Shown: positions 21,209 to 31,096 of the stretch, piece after piece | Numbering within the stretch: position 1 is the first letter of the stretch | Layout: each line of letters begins with the position of its first letter | Assembly (NCBI GenBank): GCA_963831675.1 | Contig: CAWHRM010000011.1 | Span: 43,754-107,753 of the forward strand | Length of the DNA stretch: 64,000 nucleotides | Direction of reading: 5' to 3' | DNA from: an uncultured Acidobacteriaceae bacterium | GTDB lineage: Bacteria > Acidobacteriota > Terriglobia > Terriglobales > Acidobacteriaceae | Made by a program: the position numbers and the translations under genes | Notes under the pieces: generated by a model | The model's input: the letters and a program-made list of their open reading frames with translations, nothing else | Told to the model about the DNA's origin: nothing | Databases searched by the model: none

Positions 21209-21240
21209 CAAAAAAAAGGCAGCGCCTCAGCGCTGCTTTC
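21209..21240. terminator. bidirectional hairpin terminator between convergent genes
   Basis: aaaaaaaa-ggcagcgc-ctca-gcgctgc-ttt. The A-run upstream and T-run downstream allow it to work on both strands. Confidence 0.6.
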
Positions 21241-21263
21241 GGACTTGTCCGCCGGCCGCGGTC

Positions 21264-21785
21264 CTAAATAAACATTTCGTCGCTTGGCCCGCCGTTGCGG
21301 TGGCGCTTCTGGTTGCTGAAAAAAGTTTCCACTCCCACGCTGATGGCCTGCACGATGCCTGACACCTGGCGCACCGGCGACATCACCGTGCGCTGCACTC
21401 GCTGCGACGTCTCCTCCACACGGTCCATGGTGTGGGTGACCATTTCGTCGGCGCGAATCACCTGCAAGCGCAAGCGGTCGAGCAGATCGTTGAGCGTCTT
21501 CTCCACCCGGTCGATATCCGTGCGCGCGGTGGTGGTCACGTGCGCCGCATTGTCAAGAATAAGGTCGATTTTAGGGCGAGCAGTCTCCATGAAACTTTTT
21601 ATCTCTTGTTGCATGACCTTCGCGCTCTCCAGGATTGGAAAAACGCGTGACTGGGTTTCGTCGACGACCGACTCCACACGCGCGCTCAACTTCCGTACCA
21701 CGAGATACAGAGCGAGGAGAATCAGCATCTGCAGCACAACCGCAGCTGCGGTGAGACCAATGAAGATAGTCAGTTTGTCGTCCAT
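21264..21785 (-). CDS. membrane-anchored coiled-coil protein (DUF948-like), function unknown
   Basis: N-terminal TM segment LTIFIGLTAAAVVLQMLILLALYLVV followed by long helical heptad-like sequence. It is adjacent to a YtxH-like gene. Confidence 0.55.
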   Translation of the reverse strand: MDDKLTIFIGLTAAAVVLQMLILLALYLVVRKLSARVESVVDETQSRVFPILESAKVMQQEIKSFMETARPKIDLILDNAAHVTTTARTDIDRVEKTLNDLLDRLRLQVIRADEMVTHTMDRVEETSQRVQRTVMSPVRQVSGIVQAISVGVETFFSNQKRHRNGGPSDEMFI

Positions 21786-21940
21786 TATGTTCGTGCCTTA
21801 GCAGGCTGCTGAAAACCCCATTGACAGCCGTACTTTGAAGAGGCGCGTGTTGAGACGCGCCGTTAAGTCTTTTACCTTTGTCATCCCTAGCGGGCTTCAG
21901 CCCGAGAGGGATCTGTTTTTCAGAATTTTTCAGCAGCCTG

Positions 21941-22258
21941 TTAGGGAACTTTTGGAGTTGCGCCTTCGGGGGTTTCGCTGGTCGCCTCACGATACGCCTG
22001 GCGTCCGGCTTCGTAAGCCGTGCGAATCTGTTCCTTCTGCTGGCTCAGATAGTCGCGGCCCTTTTCGGCCCAGCTGCCGGCCTGCTCGCGCGCCTGGCGC
22101 GCACGCTCTTTTACGGTGTCCGGAATGTCTTCCGCTACCGAGCGAATGCGCTGCCGGGTCTCGTCTCCCGGCTTGGGAGCATACAGGATTCCCACCGCCG
22201 CCCCGATGCCTAGACCCGCCAAAAACCACAAGAAACCGCTGCCTTCGCGATCAGACAT
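21941..22258 (-). CDS. YtxH domain-containing protein
   Basis: GFLWFLAGLGIGAAVGILYAPKPGDETRQRI... followed by a charged helical tail, as is typical for YtxH. Confidence 0.7.
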   Translation of the reverse strand: MSDREGSGFLWFLAGLGIGAAVGILYAPKPGDETRQRIRSVAEDIPDTVKERARQAREQAGSWAEKGRDYLSQQKEQIRTAYEAGRQAYREATSETPEGATPKVP

Positions 22259-22321
22259 GATTGCCTCCTTCGGTAAACTTCGCGAGTTCCGATGCTAGCA
22301 CCCGCATTGCAGAATTACAAA

Positions 22322-22804
22322 CTACGCCGCGCGCTTCGCCGCAAAACCTTTCTTCAACAACGCGATCTGCCCGGCGTGATAAACGTCGTGCTGGATCAGC
22401 CCATGGGCTTCGTCGTAGTACGAGCGCTTTCCCGCTGCCGAGAGCTCATCGACGCGCGTGGCATCGAGCTTTTCCAGCGCTGCCCGGAACTCTTGATTAG
22501 ACGCGCGGAATTGCTCCAGGGTTTTGTGCCAGTTCGCTTCTGTCGGCTCCGGCGGCAATGGGAAGTTGAGTGCCTCATCCTCATCGAGCCCCGCCCGTTG
22601 CCCGCCAAGGCGCTGCGCCGCCATACCGTCCCAGAACGTCATGTGCAGGACAATCTCCCAGATGCTGTGGGTATCGGCCAGCGGCCGCGCCGCGGCGCAC
22701 TCCGCCGTGATGCCGTCGAGGATTTGCCAGATCGGATCGCCGTGCCACGCGTTGCCGTGCAGGACCATGTCGTGTTGCTGCAGAATGCGTTGGGTCTCGT
22801 TCAT
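22322..22804 (-). CDS. DinB-family protein
   Basis: ...HGNAWHGDPIWQILDGITAECAAARP...HSIWEIVLHMTFWD...LIQHDVYHAGQIALL, showing the His triad pattern of DinB_2. Confidence 0.75.
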   Translation of the reverse strand: MNETQRILQQHDMVLHGNAWHGDPIWQILDGITAECAAARPLADTHSIWEIVLHMTFWDGMAAQRLGGQRAGLDEDEALNFPLPPEPTEANWHKTLEQFRASNQEFRAALEKLDATRVDELSAAGKRSYYDEAHGLIQHDVYHAGQIALLKKGFAAKRAA

Positions 22805-22861
22805 GATCTCCTCCTCTAACCGCCGTAAATACTATCACAGGTTAGACAAGCCAACGGTGTC

Positions 22862-24007
22862 TTATGGAGAAGGCGCGGCGGTCATGGGCCCGGCATGCAA
22901 CTTCGCCGCTGTCTTCGGGTCCGCCAGCAGCCGCCGATAGATCAGATCGGCAACGAACGCGTTTCCTGCCTCGGTGTAGTGACCGGCAGCTCCCGGGAAA
23001 GCGACCGTCCCCGTGCCGATGAAAAGCTTGTCCAACTCCCCGGGAGGGAGTCGTTTGAAGTCATCCGTGAGCTCCACATAAGGAATGCCGTGCTGCCGCG
23101 CGTACCCGGCCAGAAACTTGCGCCACGACTCTCCCAGGTCCGTTCCGTACTCCTCGCGCGTCGGCAGGTAAGCCAGGACCAGCACGCTGTTCTTCTCGCG
23201 GTTCGTCTCCAGCAGATCGTCCAGCATGTACGACAAGATCCAGGCCGTCTCCTGGTTGCGTTCCTTACGGGTCTCGGTCACAGCAGCCGCGGTATCGAGT
23301 CTCAGGACCCTGCGCAGAAGGCGCGTGATGTTGAGGTTGAACAACGCGTTTTGCACCCGCACCACCCGCGGCCAACGGACTTGCATCGAACGCGGGACCG
23401 GCACATTGGTCGTGACGATGTGGTCGTTGTCCAGAGCCAGGACCGGCTTGCCATATCCGTTGAACGAGGAATGCTGCATGCGGTAGAAATCGGGTGCGAT
23501 GAGCGCCAGAATCTGGATGTCGTGGTCCAGCTTGACTCCATCGCGCTTGTACCAGAGGTAAGCCTGGTCCGCGCCGTATCCCCCCTGACCCATGTTGACG
23601 GTCTCGATATCAGGGCTGCGCGTCGCCAGCAGTTGAGGCCAGGTGTGGTCGTTGTCCACCCCGAAGCCCAGCGTGAACGAGTCGCCGGAGCAGATAATGC
23701 GGGTCTTGCCGGGCGGAACGGTGATCGTGAAATCCGCGTTATTGCGGAAGCGCTGCGAGTTCGTCCGCAGATATTTTCCCCGGCCATACATGTTGGGGAG
23801 ATAGACGTTGGGCAGATTCACCCATCCCAGGTCGCGGTCGTACTCGGTGTAGAGACTCTCAGCCACCGGCGGCGACGCGAAGGCATCGCGAAAGGTGTAG
23901 TAGACGCTGGCCGCCCCCTCCGCCACCAGAAGCAGCAGCAGCACGGCAGCGATGTTGTACAGCACAAAGACGCCGGCGCGGCGCAACCAGGATGCAGCGC
24001 GCGTCAT
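22862..24007 (-). CDS. SGNH/GDSL-type hydrolase with N-terminal membrane anchor
   Basis: TM segment VFVLYNIAAVLLLLLVAEGA and block I IICSGDSFTLGFGV (GDS). Length and layout fit an SGNH esterase/acyltransferase-like protein. Confidence 0.65.
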   Translation of the reverse strand: MTRAASWLRRAGVFVLYNIAAVLLLLLVAEGAASVYYTFRDAFASPPVAESLYTEYDRDLGWVNLPNVYLPNMYGRGKYLRTNSQRFRNNADFTITVPPGKTRIICSGDSFTLGFGVDNDHTWPQLLATRSPDIETVNMGQGGYGADQAYLWYKRDGVKLDHDIQILALIAPDFYRMQHSSFNGYGKPVLALDNDHIVTTNVPVPRSMQVRWPRVVRVQNALFNLNITRLLRRVLRLDTAAAVTETRKERNQETAWILSYMLDDLLETNREKNSVLVLAYLPTREEYGTDLGESWRKFLAGYARQHGIPYVELTDDFKRLPPGELDKLFIGTGTVAFPGAAGHYTEAGNAFVADLIYRRLLADPKTAAKLHAGPMTAAPSP

Positions 24008-24169
24008 TGCGACCGCCCCGGCCCCCAGCGCCGCCCAGGGGTTGTTTTGCGGGTCACGTCTAAATGAAGGAAATCAACATCGTCAGCAGGGACTTCCATT
24101 TTGGACCGAGTGCGGAATTGTACACCGATTGGCCCTCGTCTCCGGGCCTGCCTGATCCTCTGTAGCGCT

Positions 24170-25552
24170 CTAACTCTTCTTGGAACGCTTCGCAACGTAC
24201 ATCACTTTATCGGCGGCTGCGCGAAGTTCATCCGCATTGTGGCCGTCGTCAGGGTACAACGCCACACCGATGCTGATGGCAACGCTCACCAGTTTCCCTT
24301 CCACCTTAAATGGCAGAGTGAACACCCGTTCCAGCGCTGCAGCCAGAACTTGAGCTCCAACTGCATCGGCAACGTCGGCCAGTACGGTGAACTCGTCGCC
24401 CCCGGTTCGAGCCAGGGTGTCCGAGGCCCGCAGCCTTGCTGCCACCCGTTTAACCACACTCTTCAGCACCAGGTCCCCAAACCGATGACCGTGCGTGTCG
24501 TTCACCTCTTTAAAGTTATCGAGGTCCAGCTCGAGAACCGCTACCTTATGATGCTGCCGGTCCGCACGAGCGAGCGCCTGTTCAAGCCTGTCCTCGAGCA
24601 GTCGCCGGTTCGGAACCTCGGTTAATGGGTCATGAGAAGCGAGGTACTCGTTTTGCGCCAGGGCATCTTGCAGAGTCCGGACCAGCTTCTCCCGCTCCTC
24701 GTGCGCCTTTTTTATGGGGGTAATATCTACGGCTGCGCAAGTAATTCCCAGCAGCACTCCTTGTCGGCTGTACAGCGGTTCCACCGTCAGATCAAAGTAA
24801 TGCTTTTCATCGCCGAAGGTGATGCTCAGTTCGGTTCGAACCGCTTCGCCGCTCTGCAAAACCGCTCGCTTGATCGCGGTCAGACGTTCGCCATCTTCTC
24901 CGCCTACGATTTCTGCGTCCGTCCGCCCGAGATACTCCTGTTGCGCCCACCCCAGGACGGGAGAATTGATCCACGTGTATTTCAATTCCAGGTCCTGGTT
25001 GAAGACGACCACGGGGGAATTCTTCAGTGCAACCCGGAAACGCTCTTCGCTCTTTTGCAGAGCAAATTCCGCCCGTTTGCGCTCTGTAACGTCGTGGGCC
25101 ATGCCTCGGACGATGGGTGCCGGACCCCAGTTGGCGCGGAGCGTGTTGTGATACTCCCAAATCCTCCGCTCTCCACTTCGCGTCATCAGCACCATCAACC
25201 CTTCGGCAAACCCATCTCTCTGGATCCTGTTTAAATATTCATCGAACTGGTCGCGGTATTCGGGGGCCAGAAACTCTCGCATCGGTATCTGCAGCAACTC
25301 CTCCACTTCATAACCCAGGAGCTGCGCTGGGAGCGGGTTCATGGAGAGCAGTCTTCCCGCTAGATCATGAGTGCACAGCAGGTCCTGACTATGTTCGACC
25401 AGGTCGCGGTACAGGTCTTCACCCTCCGGAAGCGCGGCTCCGGTCGGCTGGCCCGCTCGAACTTCGGGTGGCGGCTCTTCCTTCCGAACTCCCATTGGTT
25501 CTCTCTCAGGACGCTGCGGCCTAATTGTATCGCCGATGAACCACTCTTCCAC
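24170..25552 (-). CDS. PAS-PAS-GGDEF diguanylate cyclase
   Basis: Two PAS-like blocks (...LLCTHDLAGRLLSMNP..., ...VVVFNQDLELKYTWIN...) and a C-terminal DPLTEVPNRRLLEDRL...DLDNFKEVNDTHGHRFGD...ARTGGDEFTVL. Confidence 0.85.
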   Translation of the reverse strand: MEEWFIGDTIRPQRPEREPMGVRKEEPPPEVRAGQPTGAALPEGEDLYRDLVEHSQDLLCTHDLAGRLLSMNPLPAQLLGYEVEELLQIPMREFLAPEYRDQFDEYLNRIQRDGFAEGLMVLMTRSGERRIWEYHNTLRANWGPAPIVRGMAHDVTERKRAEFALQKSEERFRVALKNSPVVVFNQDLELKYTWINSPVLGWAQQEYLGRTDAEIVGGEDGERLTAIKRAVLQSGEAVRTELSITFGDEKHYFDLTVEPLYSRQGVLLGITCAAVDITPIKKAHEEREKLVRTLQDALAQNEYLASHDPLTEVPNRRLLEDRLEQALARADRQHHKVAVLELDLDNFKEVNDTHGHRFGDLVLKSVVKRVAARLRASDTLARTGGDEFTVLADVADAVGAQVLAAALERVFTLPFKVEGKLVSVAISIGVALYPDDGHNADELRAAADKVMYVAKRSKKS

Positions 25553-25650
25553 CTCAGCCGCGACGCTTGGCGGTGAACCGCTGGCCTCTTACGCCGGAAC
25601 TGGATATGCCACTTTTTCAAATCTCGGTTCTTTGTGCCGCGCTTGATGGG

Positions 25651-26382
25651 TCACGGCTTCTGCGTCGGCCGTATCAGGACCTCGCTGATGAACGATTGCG
25701 GCTCCTGGGTTACCAGCATCGCGACCGCGTGCGCCACGTCGCCGGGCTGCAGCATCCGGCTGGTCTCCTTGCCTTGGCGGCGCGGGCTGAAGGCGGTGTC
25801 GACCGAGCCCGGACAGATGACGCTGACCCGGATGTTGTGCGCGCGCAACTCCTCGGCCACGCCGTAGGTGAGCCCGTTGAGTCCCCATTTCGACGCCGAA
25901 TACGCTGCCCCGCGCGGCAGCGGGTTCTTGCCCGCCAGCGAAGAGATGTTGACGATGTGCCCGGCTCCGGTGGCAATCATCAGCGGCACCAGAGCGTGCA
26001 GCATGTAGTACACGCCGCGCAGATTGGTGTTGAAGATGGCATCCCAGTCGCTGGGCGCAAGCTCGTGCAGCAGGCCGGAAGGTCCGCCGATTCCGGCGTT
26101 GTTCACCAGGATGTCCAGGCGGCCGTAATCGCGGCGCACGCGTTCGCCTAACTCTTCCACGCTGGCCAGGTCGGCGAGGTCGCAGACGATGCCTTCGCAG
26201 CGCTGGCCTTGTTCGGCCAACTCACGTGCGACCTGTTGCAGGCGGGCTTCGTCACGCCCGGTAAGGATGACGGAGGCGCCGCTCTCGGCCAGCTTGGTGG
26301 CGATGGCCAGGCCGATCCCGCGGCTGCCTCCGGTAACAACCGCCACGGCGGCGGAAAGGGAAGTGGGGTCTTTTTGCTCCAT
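25651..26382 (-). CDS. SDR-family oxidoreductase
   Basis: VVTGGSRGIGLAIA (TGxxxGxG), NNAG, and the catalytic YSASKWGL (YxxxK). Start chosen at ATG 26382, which is preceded by AGGAG. Confidence 0.85.
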   Translation of the reverse strand: MEQKDPTSLSAAVAVVTGGSRGIGLAIATKLAESGASVILTGRDEARLQQVARELAEQGQRCEGIVCDLADLASVEELGERVRRDYGRLDILVNNAGIGGPSGLLHELAPSDWDAIFNTNLRGVYYMLHALVPLMIATGAGHIVNISSLAGKNPLPRGAAYSASKWGLNGLTYGVAEELRAHNIRVSVICPGSVDTAFSPRRQGKETSRMLQPGDVAHAVAMLVTQEPQSFISEVLIRPTQKP

Positions 26383-26551
26383 GTAAGAGTTTCTCCTTGG
26401 GCTATTGACTGCAGGAGTCGCAATTTGCATCCCCGGCCCGGCGCCGCCATGGCCCGGACAGCGAGTACGCTACAATGAATCTAATACTTCTCACGTCAAC
26501 TTCATATCCAGGAGACTGGAACCAGCGGCACCGCGGGAGTTTGCTTACCTT

Positions 26552-26737
26552 ATGGCGTTGCAGCCTGATTCGCCGCTTCAGTTTGTGCGCGTGCCCAACC
26601 AGCGCTCGGCGCGGTTGATTGAGTCATACTGTTCGCGATGCGGCTTGTTTGTCGCGGCCAGCGCCCGCCTTGAACTAATCGAAGCGGTGGAGGAGGCGCA
26701 CGCTTGCCCCTCCACGCTGTTGGCGCCGCCGGAATGA
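26552..26737 (+). CDS. small hypothetical protein (61 aa)
   Basis: MALQPDSPLQFVRVPNQRSARLIESYCSRCGLFVAASARLELIEAVEEAHACP... There is no recognisable domain and only the open frame supports it. Confidence 0.2.
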   Translation: MALQPDSPLQFVRVPNQRSARLIESYCSRCGLFVAASARLELIEAVEEAHACPSTLLAPPE

Positions 26738-27074
26738 CGAAAGTGCTGCCGGCGTTACCGCACGATGCCGCCAAACCGCGCAGCGCAGAATTTGGAAACG
26801 GGCGATGCACACCTTCCGCGGGTGGTGCGGTGGAGGCAGGCTGCAGGGGCGGAGATTGTATAAAGTAGTAAGTACCTTGCCTTTGACTGAGGCGGGTACT
26901 TATAATCCCGTCTCCGCACGTTTTTTGCATTTCGGTGCAGGATTCAGGGCGCGGAATGCAAGCTGGCGGTGTCTTAATAACGCAGCCCGGATTTTGGGCG
27001 GAACTCCTGTGCATCGGTGGAGGCGTGTGTGGGCGGACGTCACCAGTTTCCAGGAACCAAGGAGCCAAGGATGA

Positions 27075-28382
27075 ATGAAGAAGTCGCTAGTCACCCTATT
27101 GCTGGTGCTCGCCATCGGCGCGCTGGGCCAGCAGGCGGCCGCTCAGGGCGCCGCCCAAACAACCCCATCGTCGCAAAAGCAAATCAAGGATCCTGCCGAG
27201 TACAACGCGTACGTCAATGCCATCCAGCAGAGCAACCCGGCGCAGAAGGCGCAGGCGCTGGAGGCCTTCCTTCAGACCTATCCCAATAGCGTGATGAAGG
27301 AAGATGGCCTGGTACAACTGATGTCCGCGTACCAGCAGGCTGGCGATGCCCAGAAGACCATCGATACCGCCAACCGCATCCTGCAAGTGGACCCCAATAA
27401 CATCCGGGCCCTGGCTTTACTGGCTTACAACCACCGTGCGGCGGCGTCGCAAGGCGGTCCGCAGATGCAGGCTAACCTTGACAAGGCCAAGCAATACGGC
27501 GAGCAGGGACTGCAGGCGCTGCATAACATGACCAAGCCGGAAGGCATGAGCGACGCCGATTTCACCAAGTTCCACGACGAGACCAGCGCCATCTTCGAAG
27601 GCGCGGTGGGTTTTGCGGCGCTGCAGGCAAAAGACTTCGCAACCGCGCAAAAGGACATGCGTCAGGCGGTGGCGGACGAATCGCAACCTAACATTATGGA
27701 CATCTATCCGCTGGCCACGGCTGACCTAGAAGCCAAGCCCGTGAACCCGGAAGGCTTCTGGTTCATCGTCAAGGCATCGCAGTTGGCGCAGGGCACTGGA
27801 CAGCAGCAGATCCTGGACTACGGCCGCAAGAAATACATTCGCTATCATGGCAAGGAAGATGGCTGGACCGACCTGGTCAACCAGGCCAAGGCTTCCTCGA
27901 GCATCATGCCTCCCGCGGGCTTCACCGTGGCGGCTGCCCCGCCGCCGCCATCGCCTGCCGAGCAGGCAGCCGATCTGGTAAAGAATAAAGATCCGAAAAA
28001 GATGAGCTTTGCGGAGTGGGAACTGGTGCTCTCCTCGGGCAATCAGCAGGCGGCTGACACCGTGTGGAACGCCATCAAGGACAAGGCCGTCAAGCTGGGC
28101 GCCAACGTCATCAGTGCAACCGCGTCCAAGATCCAGTTGGCGGGCAGCGATGACGACATCGACGCCAAGAAGGCCGATATCGACCTGACCATGGGGAAGC
28201 CGTTGCCCGCAAAGCTGGTGCCGGCGGCAGGTGCGCCGATGAACTTCCAGGGAACGGTGTCAAGTTACACGCCCAATCCCTTCATGATGACCATGACCGA
28301 TGGCATCCTGCTCGACAAGAACGGCAACCCGGTGTCAACTTCCGCGCCTGTCCATCACGCGCCCGCGCACAAGAAACAATGA
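27075..28382 (+). CDS. secreted TPR-like repeat protein, function unknown
   Basis: Signal peptide MKKSLVTLLLVLAIGALGQQAAAQ and TPR-like helices (AYVNAIQQSNPAQKAQALEAFLQTYPNS..., DAQKTIDTANRILQVDPNNIRALALLAY). Confidence 0.65.
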   Translation: MKKSLVTLLLVLAIGALGQQAAAQGAAQTTPSSQKQIKDPAEYNAYVNAIQQSNPAQKAQALEAFLQTYPNSVMKEDGLVQLMSAYQQAGDAQKTIDTANRILQVDPNNIRALALLAYNHRAAASQGGPQMQANLDKAKQYGEQGLQALHNMTKPEGMSDADFTKFHDETSAIFEGAVGFAALQAKDFATAQKDMRQAVADESQPNIMDIYPLATADLEAKPVNPEGFWFIVKASQLAQGTGQQQILDYGRKKYIRYHGKEDGWTDLVNQAKASSSIMPPAGFTVAAAPPPPSPAEQAADLVKNKDPKKMSFAEWELVLSSGNQQAADTVWNAIKDKAVKLGANVISATASKIQLAGSDDDIDAKKADIDLTMGKPLPAKLVPAAGAPMNFQGTVSSYTPNPFMMTMTDGILLDKNGNPVSTSAPVHHAPAHKKQ

Positions 28383-28400
28383 CGTCGCGCAGCCGGCCAA

Positions 28401-28433
28401 ACGGAGCGGCTCACGCTGCTCCGTCTTGTTCTT
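28401..28433 (+). terminator. putative rho-independent terminator
   Basis: Stem acggagc / gctccgt (7 bp), 10-nt loop, then cttgttctt. Confidence 0.4.
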
Positions 28434-28462
28434 AGCGATGCCACGGAACTCAGGAAGCCCGA

Positions 28463-28741
28463 CTAGCGCGCGATTTTTTTCTCCAGAGTCACCGTGTGCG
28501 CGCTGCGCGGCGGGCGGCGCGTGCCGCTGCGCAGTTCCTTGACGTTGAGTTTGAGTTCGGCGACGGTGCGGCTGAGAGTGTTGCGGTGCATGCCAAGCTG
28601 GCGCGCGGCCTTGCACTGGTTTCCCTTGCAGTCTTGCAGCACCGTCAGAATGAACTTCTTCTTGAACTCGCAGACGGCTTCGGAGTAAGTGATGCCGCTC
28701 TTGTACATCTGCAGGATCAGAGCTTCCAGTTGGTCTTTCAC
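28463..28741 (-). CDS. Fis-family helix-turn-helix DNA-binding protein
   Basis: C-terminal HTH_8-type GNQCKAARQLGMHRNTLSRTVAEL. Confidence 0.7.
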   Translation of the reverse strand: MKDQLEALILQMYKSGITYSEAVCEFKKKFILTVLQDCKGNQCKAARQLGMHRNTLSRTVAELKLNVKELRSGTRRPPRSAHTVTLEKKIAR

Positions 28742-28763
28742 AGCGCCTCTCTTCTTAAGATGC

Positions 28764-29384
28764 TCAACAAACTATTATGGCCGTCAACGTCGTAGGTTCA
28801 TGAACGCCAATCGTCGAATCGTTCAAGGTTTTTCCGCGGTTGTCCTCGTGACCCGAGACGTGCTCGGGAACAGTACGCAGCAGGTTCCAGCCTTCGCGGA
28901 AACGCTGTCGCAGGTCTGCTGGCGCCGCCCAGATCAAGGCGCGACCCGAGACCAGCAGAAACGGTGCGATCCGTGATTGCTGCAGCCAACCCCATTGCGG
29001 CGCGAAGGCCGCCAGCGCCAGCACGATGACCGTGCTGATGACCGCGCCGCGCACAAATCCGAACACCGCACCCAAAAGCCGATCGAACCAGCGCAATCCC
29101 ACGCCGTGGACCGCCCAGCGCGCGATCCGTCCGACGGTCCCCGCCAGCAACACGACCGCCAGAAATATGGTAAAGAACCCGGCGATGTTCGCCGCCCACT
29201 CCGAATTCACGTGCGGCGAATACCAAGCTGCCACTCGCGGATATTCCCAGGCCGCGAGCAGATATCCGGCAATCGCGCCCGCCAACGAAAAGAACTCGTA
29301 AAAGAACCCTTGCGCGATCGCCTGCAAAACCGACAGCACCACGATGAGCACGATCGCCCAATCGAAAAAAGAGAGGCCCATCAT
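28764..29384 (-). CDS. cvpA: CvpA-family membrane protein
   Basis: MMGLSFFDWAIVLIVVLSVLQAIAQGFFYEFFSLAGAIAGYLLA... with four TM segments. Its position next to purC is consistent with this family. Confidence 0.75.
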   Translation of the reverse strand: MMGLSFFDWAIVLIVVLSVLQAIAQGFFYEFFSLAGAIAGYLLAAWEYPRVAAWYSPHVNSEWAANIAGFFTIFLAVVLLAGTVGRIARWAVHGVGLRWFDRLLGAVFGFVRGAVISTVIVLALAAFAPQWGWLQQSRIAPFLLVSGRALIWAAPADLRQRFREGWNLLRTVPEHVSGHEDNRGKTLNDSTIGVHEPTTLTAIIVC

Positions 29385-29396
29385 GCGGCTTTTCCC

Positions 29397-30311
29397 TCAG
29401 GCCGGCAACGGATGTCCGGTCAATTGGGTATAAGCCTCAACGTACTTTTCACTCGTTCTGGCGGCCACTTCCGGGGGCAATGCTGGAGTTGGCGGCTGTT
29501 TATTCCACTTGATCGCTTCCAGATAGTCGCGCACGTATTGCTTGTCGAACGAGTCCTGCGGACCACCGGGTTGATACTTGTCCTTAGGCCAGAAGCGCGA
29601 CGAATCGGGCGTAAGCACCTCATCGGCCAGGACCAATCCGCCCGCAGTGTGGCCAAACTCGAACTTCGTGTCGGCAATGATGATGCCGCGCGTTTCCGCG
29701 TAATTGGCAGCGGTCTGATAAACCTCTATGCTCAAATCGCGCAGCTTTTCGCTGAGTTCACGGCCTGCCAGCGTAATCATGTGCTCGAAGGAGATGTTCT
29801 CGTCGTGACCGCTGGTGGCTTTGATGGCGGGCGTGAAGATGGGCTGCGGCAGTTTGTCGGACTCACGCAACCCCGCAGGCAATTGGATGCCGCACACCGA
29901 ACCGTTGGCCTTGTATTCCTTCCAGCCCGATCCGGAAAGATAGCCGCGCACCACGCACTCAATCGCAATCATGTCGGCCTTCAGCACCAGCATGGAACGT
30001 CCGTGCAGTTGGGCGGCGTGCTTCTGCAGCTCCCGCGGGTATTTGTGCACATCGGCAGTCACCAGGTGACTGGGGACAACTGCTTTCAGGAAATCGAACC
30101 AGAACAGCGAGAGTTGGGTCAGCACCCGGCCCTTTTGCGGGATGCCGGTCGCCAGCACATAATCGAACGCCGATATCCGGTCGGTGGCTACGAACAGCAG
30201 ATGATCGTCGCCAACCTGATACAGGTCGCGGACTTTACCGCTGGCGTAGAGCTTGAGGTCGGGAAAATCAGTCTGCAGCAGAACGTCGGCAATTGAGGTC
30301 ACATTCGTCAT
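29397..30311 (-). CDS. purC: phosphoribosylaminoimidazole-succinocarboxamide synthase
   Basis: ...LYASGKVRDLYQVGDDHLLFVATDRISAFD..., IIIADTKFEFG and DEVLTPDSSRFW. Confidence 0.9.
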   Translation of the reverse strand: MTNVTSIADVLLQTDFPDLKLYASGKVRDLYQVGDDHLLFVATDRISAFDYVLATGIPQKGRVLTQLSLFWFDFLKAVVPSHLVTADVHKYPRELQKHAAQLHGRSMLVLKADMIAIECVVRGYLSGSGWKEYKANGSVCGIQLPAGLRESDKLPQPIFTPAIKATSGHDENISFEHMITLAGRELSEKLRDLSIEVYQTAANYAETRGIIIADTKFEFGHTAGGLVLADEVLTPDSSRFWPKDKYQPGGPQDSFDKQYVRDYLEAIKWNKQPPTPALPPEVAARTSEKYVEAYTQLTGHPLPA

Positions 30312-30609
30312 GGTCGTTAGAATCGATTCGGAGAAGTCGTCGGGTATTTTAATTTTCCCTGACGGATTGTCAACGGAGCGGGAAAACTATTTGCACCGGA
30401 GCACGAAATTTTTTATCGCAAACTTCTTGACAGAAACCCGTACCCTGCGAAACCTGCTTGGCCAGAGGCTTTCGAGCAACCGCACGCTTCGCCGCCGCAA
30501 CCGATAACGCGAGCGATGGTTCAGAATTCGGCCGTGCGATTTGGAACGCAAACTGCGCTCCATGTCAAGGGTCTGCCCAAAATTTTTCCGGAACTCCTTC
30601 CCGGCACAG

Positions 30610-30906
30610 CTAGTCGGCGGAGGTGCGGCGAACGCTACGTACATCTTCCACGTACTGCACGTCAGGGGTGCTCAACACTCCGGCCTGCTGCATCCGGCTC
30701 CGCAGTTCGTCGGAGCCGATGAACTTGCGGGCGTGTTCGACACTGTCCCAGTCCAGCAGCAGGGTCACCTCCCGAGGATCGTCCACGCTTTGAAACAGGC
30801 GGAACCCAAGTTCTCCCGCGTGCATCCGGGCATTCAGGTGGGAATCGAAAGACTCTTTCCAGCGGTTGAAATCTGCCACTTTGTGGCGCACCAGAACATG
30901 GACCAT
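30610..30906 (-). CDS. small dimeric alpha/beta-barrel (ABM-like) protein
   Basis: MVHVLVRHKVADFNRWKESFDSHLNARMHAGELGFRLFQSVDDPREVTLLLDWDSVEHARKF. A GGAGG lies 6 nt upstream of ATG 30906. Confidence 0.55.
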   Translation of the reverse strand: MVHVLVRHKVADFNRWKESFDSHLNARMHAGELGFRLFQSVDDPREVTLLLDWDSVEHARKFIGSDELRSRMQQAGVLSTPDVQYVEDVRSVRRTSAD

Positions 30907-31096
30907 AAGAACTCCTCCCAAGAGCATTTTGTCTCTTCCAAGATACGAAATCTCAGGCCGAATGTGAACCCGGAAATGCCGCAATCTGCGACCTGCGCCG
31001 TCGACCGCGCGCCGCTCGCTCTGGTGCTCGCGTTCAGCGGGACGAAACCCGCCATACGCTATACTGCCAACACCAACTTCGGGGAGCGATTCTTAC